Below, in pieces: positions 20,656 through 29,410 of a DNA stretch of 64,000 nt. How positions within the stretch are numbered: the first letter of the stretch is position 1; each line of letters begins with the position of its first letter. Below the pieces are notes generated by a model that was given only the letters and a program-made list of their open reading frames with translations, was not told where the DNA came from and did no database searches. Both the position numbers and the translations under genes were made by a program. This DNA comes from Candidatus Eiseniibacteriota bacterium (GTDB taxonomy: Bacteria > Eisenbacteria > RBG-16-71-46 > SZUA-252): assembly GCA_035716085.1 (NCBI GenBank), contig DASTKC010000169.1:11162-75161 (forward strand), in the 5' to 3' direction.

Positions 20656-21891
20656 ATGAAGCGCGACGTCGACACCCTGCTTCGAGAGCGCGGTCTTTCC
20701 GCCGCGCTCATCATCAAGGGGGAGATCCCCAACTTCACCTTCCGCTATCTCGTCGGGCCGCCCGCGGCGCATCTCTCGACGGGCATCCTCGTCTGGAAGC
20801 CGGGGCAGACGCCGCACCTCGTGCACGGCCTGATGGAGCGCGACTCGGCCGCCGCGACCGGATTCGAGCGGAGCGACTTCGGATCCCACCGCTTCCGCCA
20901 GATGCTGGAGGACGAGGGATCGCGCGACGGCGCGATGGCGCGCCTCCTTGCGAAGGTCCTGAGCGACATGGAGGTCCGCGGGCCGGTGCTCGTGCACGGC
21001 ACGGCCGATGTCGGGCGCTACTACCACGTGCTGAACCGGCTCCGCTCGATGGCGCCGCAGATCGAGATCGCGCAGGACGAGGATCTCGGCCTCTTCGAGC
21101 TGGCCCGCGCCACGAAGGATCCCGAGGAGATCGAGGCGGTGCGCGGCGTCGCGGCCGTGTGCAGTCGCGCCTACGAGCGCATCCGCGCGGTCATCGGCGG
21201 AGGCAGACTCGAAGGGAAGAAGCTCAAGGACAAGGAAGGCTGGGTCACCGTCGGCCGCCTTCGCCGCGAGGTGCGGCGGGTGTTCTTCGAGGCGAACCTC
21301 GAGGAGCCGCACGGCAACATCATCGCGATGGGGCGTGACGCGGGCGTGCCGCACAACGAAGGGAACGACGCGGACGTGCTGGAGGAAGGGCGCCCGATCG
21401 TGATCGACCTCTATCCCGCGCAGTCCGGCGGCGGCTACTACTTCGACGTGACGCGAACCTTCTGCGTCGGGCGCGCGCCGGCCGAGCTCAAGGAGATGCA
21501 CGGTGTCGTGCGCGAAGCGGTCGAGCGCACGATGGACTCGCTCTCGTCCGAGGCTCCGGCGCGGATGTATCAGGAGAAGGTCTGTGATTTCTTCGAATCG
21601 AAGGGACACAAGACCATTCGCCAGGACGAGCGACTGGAGGAGGGTTACATCCACGGCCTCGGCCACGGGATCGGTCTCGAGGTCCACGAGCGGCCCAATC
21701 TCGGCGGCACGTCGCAGAACAGGGACCGCCTCTCGCCGGGCTCCCTCTTCACGGTCGAGCCTGGCCTCTACTACCCGTCGCGTCAGATCGGAATTCGGAT
21801 CGAGGACGTGGTCTACGCCCGCCCGGACGGGACGTTCGAAAACTTGACGCCGGTGCCGTACGACCTGGAGGTCGCCCCCGCGTCGTCTTGA
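20656..21891 (+). CDS. M24 family metallopeptidase (Xaa-Pro aminopeptidase/creatinase-like)
   Basis: Pita-bread motifs HGLGHGIGLEVHE, EPGLY. Creatinase-like N-terminal domain. Start (MKRDV) uncertain by a few codons. Confidence 0.8.
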   Translation: MKRDVDTLLRERGLSAALIIKGEIPNFTFRYLVGPPAAHLSTGILVWKPGQTPHLVHGLMERDSAAATGFERSDFGSHRFRQMLEDEGSRDGAMARLLAKVLSDMEVRGPVLVHGTADVGRYYHVLNRLRSMAPQIEIAQDEDLGLFELARATKDPEEIEAVRGVAAVCSRAYERIRAVIGGGRLEGKKLKDKEGWVTVGRLRREVRRVFFEANLEEPHGNIIAMGRDAGVPHNEGNDADVLEEGRPIVIDLYPAQSGGGYYFDVTRTFCVGRAPAELKEMHGVVREAVERTMDSLSSEAPARMYQEKVCDFFESKGHKTIRQDERLEEGYIHGLGHGIGLEVHERPNLGGTSQNRDRLSPGSLFTVEPGLYYPSRQIGIRIEDVVYARPDGTFENLTPVPYDLEVAPASS

Positions 21892-21925
21892 TCTCCCTCA
21901 GCTTCCCGCGCGCACGAGGAATCGA

Positions 21926-23065
21926 ATGAGCCCGCCCGCCGCAAGGCGGCGCGGGAAGGAGCGCGCGATTCTCGCGGGGCGGGCTCCGTCGCGCGTCGAC
22001 CACGACGGCGACACGCTGACCGAGCTCCGCCTCCTCGCGGAGACAGCGGGGGCCTTGGTCCTCGGCGAGGTGCTCCAGCGGCGCGGCTCCGTGCGCTCCT
22101 CCACGTTCCTGAGCAAGGGGAAGATCGAGGAGATCCGCACGCTCGGAGACGAGCAGAACGCCAACCTCCTCCTCCTCGACGACGACCTCTCGCCCGCCCA
22201 GAACCGGAATCTCGAGGAGGACTTGAAGCTCCGCGTCGTGGACCGGAGCGGGCTCATCCTCGACATCTTCGCCCGCCGCGCGCGCACGCGCGAGGCCCGC
22301 CTCCAGGTCGAGCTCGCGCAGCTCGAGTACATGCTCCCGCGCCTGACGCGCATGTGGGAGCACCTCGGTCGTCTCGGGGGCGGCATCGGGACGCGAGGCC
22401 CCGGCGAGACCCAGCTCGAGGTGGACCGCCGGCGCATCCGCGAGCGGATCGCCAAGCTGAAGCGCGAGCTCGAAGGCGTCGTGCGCGAGCGGCGCGTGCA
22501 GCGACGCGGACGCCGGAGCTGCCACAAGGTCTCGCTCGTCGGCTACACGAACGCGGGGAAGTCGACGCTCTTCAACGCGCTCACGCGCGCCAAGGTCTAC
22601 GTCGAGGACCAGCTCTTCGCGACGCTCGATCCCACGACGCGGGTCTTCGCCGCGAAGCAGGGGACGCAGGCCCTTCTCACGGACACGGTGGGATTCATCC
22701 GGAAGCTCCCGTCGCACCTCGTCGCGTCCTTCCGCGCGACCTTGGAAGAGGTGACCGAAGCCGATCTCCTGCTCCACGTGGTGGACGCGTCGGAGCCCGA
22801 TCCCGAGCGCCACATCGAGGCGGTACACACCGTCCTCGAGGAGATCGGCGCGCTCCACCGCCCGCGCCTTCTCGTTTTCAACAAGGTCGATGCGCTTCCG
22901 GACGAGGTGGCGTGGCTCGGCCTTCGCGCGCGGTATCCGGGCGCTTCGTTCGTCTCGGCCGTGACGCGCGAGGGCATTCCCGAGCTGCGTGACGCGACTC
23001 TCGCGCGGCTCGCGGAGGAGAGCCGGCCCGCGCGGCGTGTGAACGGGGAGGAGCCGAGGGCGTGA
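21926..23065 (+). CDS. hflX: GTPase HflX
   Basis: HflX N-terminal domain plus G-domain: G1 GYTNAGKSTL, G3 DTVGF, G4 NKVD. Confidence 0.85.
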   Translation: MSPPAARRRGKERAILAGRAPSRVDHDGDTLTELRLLAETAGALVLGEVLQRRGSVRSSTFLSKGKIEEIRTLGDEQNANLLLLDDDLSPAQNRNLEEDLKLRVVDRSGLILDIFARRARTREARLQVELAQLEYMLPRLTRMWEHLGRLGGGIGTRGPGETQLEVDRRRIRERIAKLKRELEGVVRERRVQRRGRRSCHKVSLVGYTNAGKSTLFNALTRAKVYVEDQLFATLDPTTRVFAAKQGTQALLTDTVGFIRKLPSHLVASFRATLEEVTEADLLLHVVDASEPDPERHIEAVHTVLEEIGALHRPRLLVFNKVDALPDEVAWLGLRARYPGASFVSAVTREGIPELRDATLARLAEESRPARRVNGEEPRA

Positions 23066-24297
23066 CCGTCGCGGGAGTGGGCGCCGCGGTGGGCGCCGAG
23101 CGCGTCCGGCGGATCCAGGAGGCGCTTCGCGAGGACGGCGTCCCGGCGTGGCTCCTCTTCGATTTCCACGGCTCCAATCCCATTTCGCGCAAGGTCGCCG
23201 GCATGGTGTCCGGTCCCGACGGTCCGAAGACGACGCGCCGATGGTTCTACCTCGTCCCCGCGCAAGGCGAGCCGGTCAAGATCGTGCACCGGATCGAGCC
23301 TTCATCGCTCGATCATCTCCCGGGCGAAGCGCTGGTCTATCTCCGCTGGCAGGAGCTAAGGGACGCGCTGGCCAAGGCGGTCGCCAGCGTTCCGGGCCCG
23401 GATCGCGTCGTCGCCATGGAGTACTCGCCGGACGCCGCGCTCCCGTATCTCTCGCGCGTCGACGCGGGCACGGTCGAGATGGTGCGCGCGGCGGGGGCGG
23501 GCGTCGTCTCCTCGGCCGACCTCGCGCAGCGCTTCGACGGCACGCTCGCGCCGGAGGCGAGGGAGGATCACAAGCGCACCGGCCTCGTCCTGAACGGGAT
23601 CATGGCCGCCGCGTTCGCGAGGGTGCGGGACCGCGTGCGCGCCGGCGCGCCTCTCACCGAGGTATCGCTCCAGGCGTGGATCCTCGAGCAATTCCAGGCC
23701 GAGGGGCTCGTGGCCGACGATCCCCCCGCGGTCGCGGTCAACGACCACGCGGGCGATCCCCATTTCACGACGCGGGCCGAGCACGACCGGCCGCTCCGGC
23801 GGGGCGATCTCCTCATGATCGACGCCTGGTGCAGGCGGCCCGCGCCGGGGTCGGTGTACGCCGACTACACGCAGGTCGCGATGGTCGACTCCACGGTGCC
23901 CGAGAAACAGGCGGAGATCTTCGCCGTGGTGCGGGACGCACGCGACGCGGCTATCGAGACGGTGCGCCGCGCGCTTCGCGCGGACACTTCCATCCGCGGA
24001 TGCGATGTGGACGACGCCGCGCGCGGCGTGATCCAGGCCCGCGGGTATGGCGACCGCTTCCTCCACCGCACGGGCCATTCGATCGGCGAGGAGGTGCACG
24101 CGAACGGCGTCCATCTCGACAATCTCGAGACGAGGGACGAGCGTCGCCTCATCGACGGCACGCTCGTGTCGGTGGAGCCCGGCATCTACCTCCCCGAATT
24201 CGGCATCCGGAGCGAGGTCAACCTCCTCATCGATCGCGGCGACGCGATCGTCACCGCCGAGCCCTACCAGCGGGAGCTCCCCGCGCTCCTCGCCTAG
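23062..24297 (+). CDS. M24 family metallopeptidase (second paralog)
   Basis: HRTGHSIGEEVHA, VEPGIY. 4-nt overlap with hflX. Confidence 0.8.
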   Translation: MTVAGVGAAVGAERVRRIQEALREDGVPAWLLFDFHGSNPISRKVAGMVSGPDGPKTTRRWFYLVPAQGEPVKIVHRIEPSSLDHLPGEALVYLRWQELRDALAKAVASVPGPDRVVAMEYSPDAALPYLSRVDAGTVEMVRAAGAGVVSSADLAQRFDGTLAPEAREDHKRTGLVLNGIMAAAFARVRDRVRAGAPLTEVSLQAWILEQFQAEGLVADDPPAVAVNDHAGDPHFTTRAEHDRPLRRGDLLMIDAWCRRPAPGSVYADYTQVAMVDSTVPEKQAEIFAVVRDARDAAIETVRRALRADTSIRGCDVDDAARGVIQARGYGDRFLHRTGHSIGEEVHANGVHLDNLETRDERRLIDGTLVSVEPGIYLPEFGIRSEVNLLIDRGDAIVTAEPYQRELPALLA

Positions 24298-24704
24298 TGG
24301 CCGCACGCGACGTACCGGAAGCCGAGATCCGGTTTCGCACCTCGCGCGCCGGCGGTCCCGGCGGTCAGAACGTGAACAAGGTGGAAACGCGCGTCGAGGC
24401 TCTGTGGAATCTCGACGCGTCGCTTACGTACACCGACGCGCAGAAGGCCCGCATCCGAAGCGAGCTCCAAACCCGGGTCGGCGCGGACGGCACGATTCGC
24501 GTCGTGAGTCAGCGCCACCGGAGCCAGTCGCGAAATCGCGACGCCGCAGTCGAGCGTCTCCGCGCGCTGGTGGCTGGGGCGCTCAGGCCGAGGCGCAAGA
24601 GGAAGGCGACCCGCCCCACAAAGGCCTCGCGCGAATCCCGAATGGAGTCGAAGCGCCGGCGCGCCGAGACGAAGCGGGACCGAAGGTCGATCCCCGAGGA
24701 CTGA
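24297..24704 (+). CDS. arfB: Peptidyl-tRNA hydrolase ArfB (alternative ribosome-rescue factor B)
   Basis: GTG start overlapping the upstream stop. GGQ motif (RAGGPGGQNVNKVET). Basic Arg/Lys-rich C-terminal tail typical of ArfB/YaeJ. Confidence 0.85.
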   Translation: MAARDVPEAEIRFRTSRAGGPGGQNVNKVETRVEALWNLDASLTYTDAQKARIRSELQTRVGADGTIRVVSQRHRSQSRNRDAAVERLRALVAGALRPRRKRKATRPTKASRESRMESKRRRAETKRDRRSIPED

Positions 24705-24896
24705 GCGCGAGGACCACCCACTCAACACGTTGTACCTAGGGCACTTAAGAGCCTATCCGCCCGCCTCCGCCCGCCCCTTCGACCCAGAAATCCCCTCAAC
24801 AAGACCTCCTCCCAAGTCGATATGTAGCAAGAGAAATCGCGGTCGCATGCCCGGCTCGCGCCGGTCCATGCCCGAGACACCTGGAGGCCGTCCCCC

Positions 24897-26609
24897 ATGA
24901 AGTCGTTTCCGACGCAGGCAGGTCCGCGCGCGATCGTCGGCGCGGCGCTCGTGATCCTCGCCCTCGCCGTGGCCGTCCCGATCGTGTGGAAGCGTCCCAC
25001 GAGCGAACCCGGCGTCTCGTCGGGTGAAGGATCGAGCGAGCCGGCACCGCCCGTGCTCGGCCCGCCGTCCGGTCCGCGGGTCTTCCGCTTCTATCAGGAA
25101 TCCCCCACGACGCTCGATCCCGCGCTCGCCGCAGACGCGTACTCCTCGACGGTGGTGGCGCAGATCTACAGCCCGCTCGTAGGGCTCACGTCGAATCTCG
25201 AGCCCACGCCGCAGGTCGCGGATTCCTGGACCATCTCCCGCGACGGGAAGACCTACGTCTTCCACATCCGCGAAGGCGTGCGCTTTCACAACGGCCGCGA
25301 GGTCACGGCCGGGGACTTCGTGTACACGCTGACCCGCTGCTTCCAGGAGCCGTTCCGCTCGGAGGGGCTCGCGGCGGGCTACCTCGACGCCATCGACGGC
25401 GTGCCCGAGTTCCTCGCCGGCAAGGCGACCAGCATCCGCGGCATCCACGCGCTCGACGAGAAGCGCCTCGAGATCAAGCTGAGCCGCCCGTACCGTCCGC
25501 TCCTCTCGGCGCTGGCGCTCGACCAGACCTCGGTCGTGCCGCGCGAGCTCATGGACCGGCACGGGAACGCGATCCTCGAGGTGAAGCCGACCGGCTGCGG
25601 GCCGTTCAAGTACGTGCGCCGCGACGATCGGAGCGTTGTCCTCGCCGCGAATCCCGACTATTTCATGGGAGCCCCGGCGATCGATTCGCTCGTGTTCTTC
25701 ACGCCGGTCGGCGACGTGATCTCGCAGGGGGCGAACGCGCTCCTGGACGGGCGCGCCACGCTGTCGACGTTGCCGATCGACCGGGTGGAGGAGTTCCGGG
25801 CCCGGGCCGGCATCACGATGCTCCGCTGGCAGGATCTCACGCTCGCCTTTCTCGGCATGAACGCGACGATCCCGCCCCTCGACGATCGCCGCGTCCGTCA
25901 GGCCATCGCGTTCGCGGTGGACCGTCAGGCGATGATCCACTTCCAGCCCGAGGGGAAGACGCTCGCCACCGGGATCCTCGCGCCGGGCGTGCCGGGCTAT
26001 TCGCCCGCGACGCGCACGTATCCATGCGACGTCGCGAAGGCGAAGGCTCTGCTCCACCAGGCAGGCTACGGGCCGGATCATCCCCTGCCCACGCTGAAGC
26101 TCTACAAGTCGGTCACGTCGAATTCAGGGGTCCGGGCGCTCGACTCGCTCCTGGTGCGCTCGCTCGCCGAGGCCGGAATCAAGGTCGAGATCCAGTACGT
26201 CACCTGGAAGGTGCTGGACGACGCGATTACCGGACGCAAGGCGCAGCTCTTCAGCCTCTCGTGGGTCGCGGACATTCCCGACCCCGACACGTTCCTCCGC
26301 GCGCTCTTCTACTCGTCGAGCTCGACCAACTACTTCAAGTACCGGAACGCGACCGTGGACTCGCTCCTCGACGCCGCCCGGAGCGCGGAAGATCCGAAAG
26401 TGGCCCAGGCGGCCTATCAGAAGGCCGAGGAGCGGATTCTCCGCGACGCGCCGTTCGTGCCGCTCTTCCATCCCACGAACTTCATCGGGCTGCGCAGCAA
26501 CGTCGTCGGTCTCCAGATGAACCCGCTCGGCATCTCGACCCTGGCCATGGAGAAGCTCCGCTTTGCGGAGCCGAAGGCGGATGGCGACAACCGAAGCGCG
26601 ACCCGCTGA
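24897..26609 (+). CDS. Solute-binding protein, family 5 (OppA/DppA/NikA-like), secreted
   Basis: Signal/anchor, then …FRFYQESPTTLDPALAADAYSSTVVAQIYSPLVG…DGKTYVFHIREGVRFHNG…, typical of SBP_bac_5. Confidence 0.8.
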   Translation: MKSFPTQAGPRAIVGAALVILALAVAVPIVWKRPTSEPGVSSGEGSSEPAPPVLGPPSGPRVFRFYQESPTTLDPALAADAYSSTVVAQIYSPLVGLTSNLEPTPQVADSWTISRDGKTYVFHIREGVRFHNGREVTAGDFVYTLTRCFQEPFRSEGLAAGYLDAIDGVPEFLAGKATSIRGIHALDEKRLEIKLSRPYRPLLSALALDQTSVVPRELMDRHGNAILEVKPTGCGPFKYVRRDDRSVVLAANPDYFMGAPAIDSLVFFTPVGDVISQGANALLDGRATLSTLPIDRVEEFRARAGITMLRWQDLTLAFLGMNATIPPLDDRRVRQAIAFAVDRQAMIHFQPEGKTLATGILAPGVPGYSPATRTYPCDVAKAKALLHQAGYGPDHPLPTLKLYKSVTSNSGVRALDSLLVRSLAEAGIKVEIQYVTWKVLDDAITGRKAQLFSLSWVADIPDPDTFLRALFYSSSSTNYFKYRNATVDSLLDAARSAEDPKVAQAAYQKAEERILRDAPFVPLFHPTNFIGLRSNVVGLQMNPLGISTLAMEKLRFAEPKADGDNRSATR

Positions 26610-28926
26610 CGCTCCTCGCCGCTCGCGCGGCGGTCTGCAGGCGCGAATCTTCCTCACGTTCGGCGTCATCGTCGTGGGGCTGGTCACGGCCGCGGTCACG
26701 TTCTTTGTCCGGAGCGAGTCCGATTCGCTCCTTCGCGAGACGAAGAAGCGCGGCTTCGCCGTGGCCCGAAGCATCGCCTGGCTCTCCACGCCGGCTCTCC
26801 TCTCCTACAACTACATCGCGCTGAACCAGGCCGCGAGCCGCTCGCAGGCAGGGAGCGAGATCGCGTACGTCGTCATCTACGACAAAGAGGGCCAGATCGC
26901 GGCGGACAGCCGGTCCCCCAATTCCTTCGGCCAGCCCCCGCGGGAGACCGCCGACTTCGCCGCCCAGACCGCACGGGAGGAGCGGTGGAGCTTCATCGAG
27001 CCGCGGCGTCCCGGCGACGCGCGCATTCTCGAGATCCTCCTTCCCGTCTACGTCGAGGGTTACGAGGTGAAGTGGGGCACGGTCCGCGTCGGGATCTCGC
27101 TCGAAGGGCTGGACAACGAGGTGGCGGCGCTCACGAAGAACCTCATCATCGCGGGCTTCCTGGCGTCGATCCTGTGCCTCCTCGGCGCGCGGTTCGCGTC
27201 GGGGCGCATCACGAGGCCGATCGGCCGGCTGGTCGGCGCGACACGCGCCATTGCGCAGGGGGACTACTCGCAGCGGCTGAATCTGAAGAGCGGCGACGAG
27301 ATCGAGACCCTGGCGTGGCACTTCGACCACATGGCCGACGAGGTGCAGCGCCAGCAGGCCGAGATCCTGGCGAGCCGGGAGAATCTCGCCCGCATGAACC
27401 AGACCCTCGAGGCCGCCGTCGAGGCGCGGACGCACGCGCTCACCGAATCGGAGGCCAAGTACCGGATCCTCGTCGACAGCTCGCCGCAGGGTCTTCTGAT
27501 CGTGCAGTCCGGGAAGGCGGTCTTCGCGAACCCGACCCTCGAGCCGATGACCGGGCGCCCCGCGTCCGCTCTCGTCCGGCCCGACTTCGATCCGATGCAG
27601 CTCTTCGCCCTCGAGTCGCGGGCTCTCGTGCGCGAGGCGATCCAATCGCCCGCTCGCGACCGGGCGCCGGTCCAGGCCGAGATGGTCCATGCGTCCGGGC
27701 GGAAGGTCTTCGCCGAGGTCCAGGTCGTGCCGCTCGTCTTCCAGAACGCGCCGGCCTCGATGCTCCTCCTGTCCGACGTCACCGCGGTCCGCGATCTCCA
27801 AGACCGGCTCCTCCGCGGCGAGAAGCTCCGCGCGCTCGGTGAGCTGGCGGCCGGGGTGGCGCACGACTTCAACAACAACCTCGGGATCATCCTCGGTCGC
27901 ACGCAGCTCCTTCTCATGAAGACGTCCGACCCGGAGGTCTCGTCCGGCCTCAACGTGATCCGCCAGGCGGCGATGGACGGCGGCGAGGCCGTGCGCCGGA
28001 TCCAGCAGTTCAGCCGCGTCCGCGAGGACCGCGCGCACGAAGTTCTGGAGCTGGGCGAGATCGTCGTGGAGGTCGTGGAGATCACGCGCGGCAAGTGGAA
28101 GAACGAGAGCGAGCGGCGCGGCGTCAAGGTGGACGTGACGGTGGAAGCGTCGAATCCGAGCCCCATCCTCGGCTCCCGCGCGGAGATTCGCGAGGCGCTC
28201 ACCAACCTCATCTTCAACTCCGTGGATGCGCTCCCGGAGGGCGGGACCATCACCATCCGCTGCCGCTCGGACCAAAAGGAGTCGATCGTCGAGGTGGCCG
28301 ACACGGGGATCGGGATGAGCGAGGACGTGAAGAGCCGGATGTTCGAGCCCTTCTTCACGACGAAGGGCATGTCCGGGAACGGGCTCGGACTCTCGATGGT
28401 CTACGGCATCGTATCCCGCCACAAGGGGACGGTCGAAGTCGAGACCGCGCCCGGCGCCGGCACCGTCGTTCGCATGCGCCTGCCGGCGACCGATCTCGAG
28501 GGAACCGTCATGCCCGCGCGTCCGCGGTACGAGGCCCCGGCGCGCGCACGCATCCTCGTTGTGGACGACGAGACCGAGATCCTCGCGGTGCTGCGCGAGG
28601 CGCTCGAGCGCGTGGGGCACACCGTCGAAACCGCCTCCTCGGGGAGGGAAGGCATCGAGCGCTTCCGGAACGGAGCCTTCGACGTCGTGCTCTCGGATCT
28701 CGGGATGGCGGACGTCGGTGGATGGGACGTGGCGCGCGCGGTGCGCGAGAAGGGCCCGCGGCGCGTGGTCCTGGGGCTCGTCACCGGATGGGGAGCCACG
28801 ATCAGCGAGGAGATGGTCAACGCCCACGCGGTGAACTTCGTGATCGCGAAGCCTTTCGACGTGGACGATCTCGTGTCGAAGGTGAATCAGTCCCTGGAGG
28901 CGGTCGCTATGCCTCCAGCCGCTTGA
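26581..28926 (+). CDS. Hybrid sensor histidine kinase (2 TM, periplasmic sensor, HAMP, PAS, HisKA, HATPase_c, C-terminal receiver)
   Basis: HAMP (…RPIGRLVGATRAIAQGDYSQRL), H-box ELAAGVAHDFNNNL, G-boxes DTGIGM and GNGLGLS, REC RILVVDDE…DVVLSDLGMADVGG. Overlaps the SBP gene by about 29 nt. Confidence 0.85.
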   Translation: MATTEARPADAPRRSRGGLQARIFLTFGVIVVGLVTAAVTFFVRSESDSLLRETKKRGFAVARSIAWLSTPALLSYNYIALNQAASRSQAGSEIAYVVIYDKEGQIAADSRSPNSFGQPPRETADFAAQTAREERWSFIEPRRPGDARILEILLPVYVEGYEVKWGTVRVGISLEGLDNEVAALTKNLIIAGFLASILCLLGARFASGRITRPIGRLVGATRAIAQGDYSQRLNLKSGDEIETLAWHFDHMADEVQRQQAEILASRENLARMNQTLEAAVEARTHALTESEAKYRILVDSSPQGLLIVQSGKAVFANPTLEPMTGRPASALVRPDFDPMQLFALESRALVREAIQSPARDRAPVQAEMVHASGRKVFAEVQVVPLVFQNAPASMLLLSDVTAVRDLQDRLLRGEKLRALGELAAGVAHDFNNNLGIILGRTQLLLMKTSDPEVSSGLNVIRQAAMDGGEAVRRIQQFSRVREDRAHEVLELGEIVVEVVEITRGKWKNESERRGVKVDVTVEASNPSPILGSRAEIREALTNLIFNSVDALPEGGTITIRCRSDQKESIVEVADTGIGMSEDVKSRMFEPFFTTKGMSGNGLGLSMVYGIVSRHKGTVEVETAPGAGTVVRMRLPATDLEGTVMPARPRYEAPARARILVVDDETEILAVLREALERVGHTVETASSGREGIERFRNGAFDVVLSDLGMADVGGWDVARAVREKGPRRVVLGLVTGWGATISEEMVNAHAVNFVIAKPFDVDDLVSKVNQSLEAVAMPPAA

Positions 28927-29410
28927 TCCAGCGCACGTCCCCCGACTTGAGCCGCCGCTCCCGGTAGCCCACCGCTTCGAGGAATCGCTCCCCGTCGTCG
29001 AGCCCCATCGGGACCTCCGCCGTGATCGACTGCGCCGCGTGCTCCTCGGCGAGGAACGCTTCCACCATCTCGAGCGCGGCGCGGCCGTATCCATGGCCCC
29101 GCTCCGCCTGCGAGAGCACGAGGCCGCGCAGCACGGACGGCACCTCGTCGGAGCCGACCTCGACTTCGATCGTCCCGATCAGCGCCTTCGTGTCCGTGCG
29201 CCGGATGGCGAAGTAGTAGCGGCTGTCGTCGGCGATCGCCTCTTCATACATCTCTTCCACGGTATTCGGATCGAAGTCCGAGGTGCCGCTCAAGGCCTCG
29301 AAGTAGTCTGGTGCGTCGAGGTAGACCTTCCAGATGGTGGGCAGATGCTCCGGTCCCGGCACCTCCAGCGTGACCAGGGGACCGTCGAGACGGGTGGTGG
29401 ATTCGCTCAT
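28907..29410 (-). CDS. GNAT family N-acetyltransferase
   Basis: About 167 aa. GHGYGRAALE motif-A-like segment. ATGA-type overlap with the upstream protease gene. Confidence 0.6.
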   Translation of the reverse strand: MSESTTRLDGPLVTLEVPGPEHLPTIWKVYLDAPDYFEALSGTSDFDPNTVEEMYEEAIADDSRYYFAIRRTDTKALIGTIEVEVGSDEVPSVLRGLVLSQAERGHGYGRAALEMVEAFLAEEHAAQSITAEVPMGLDDGERFLEAVGYRERRLKSGDVRWIKRLEA

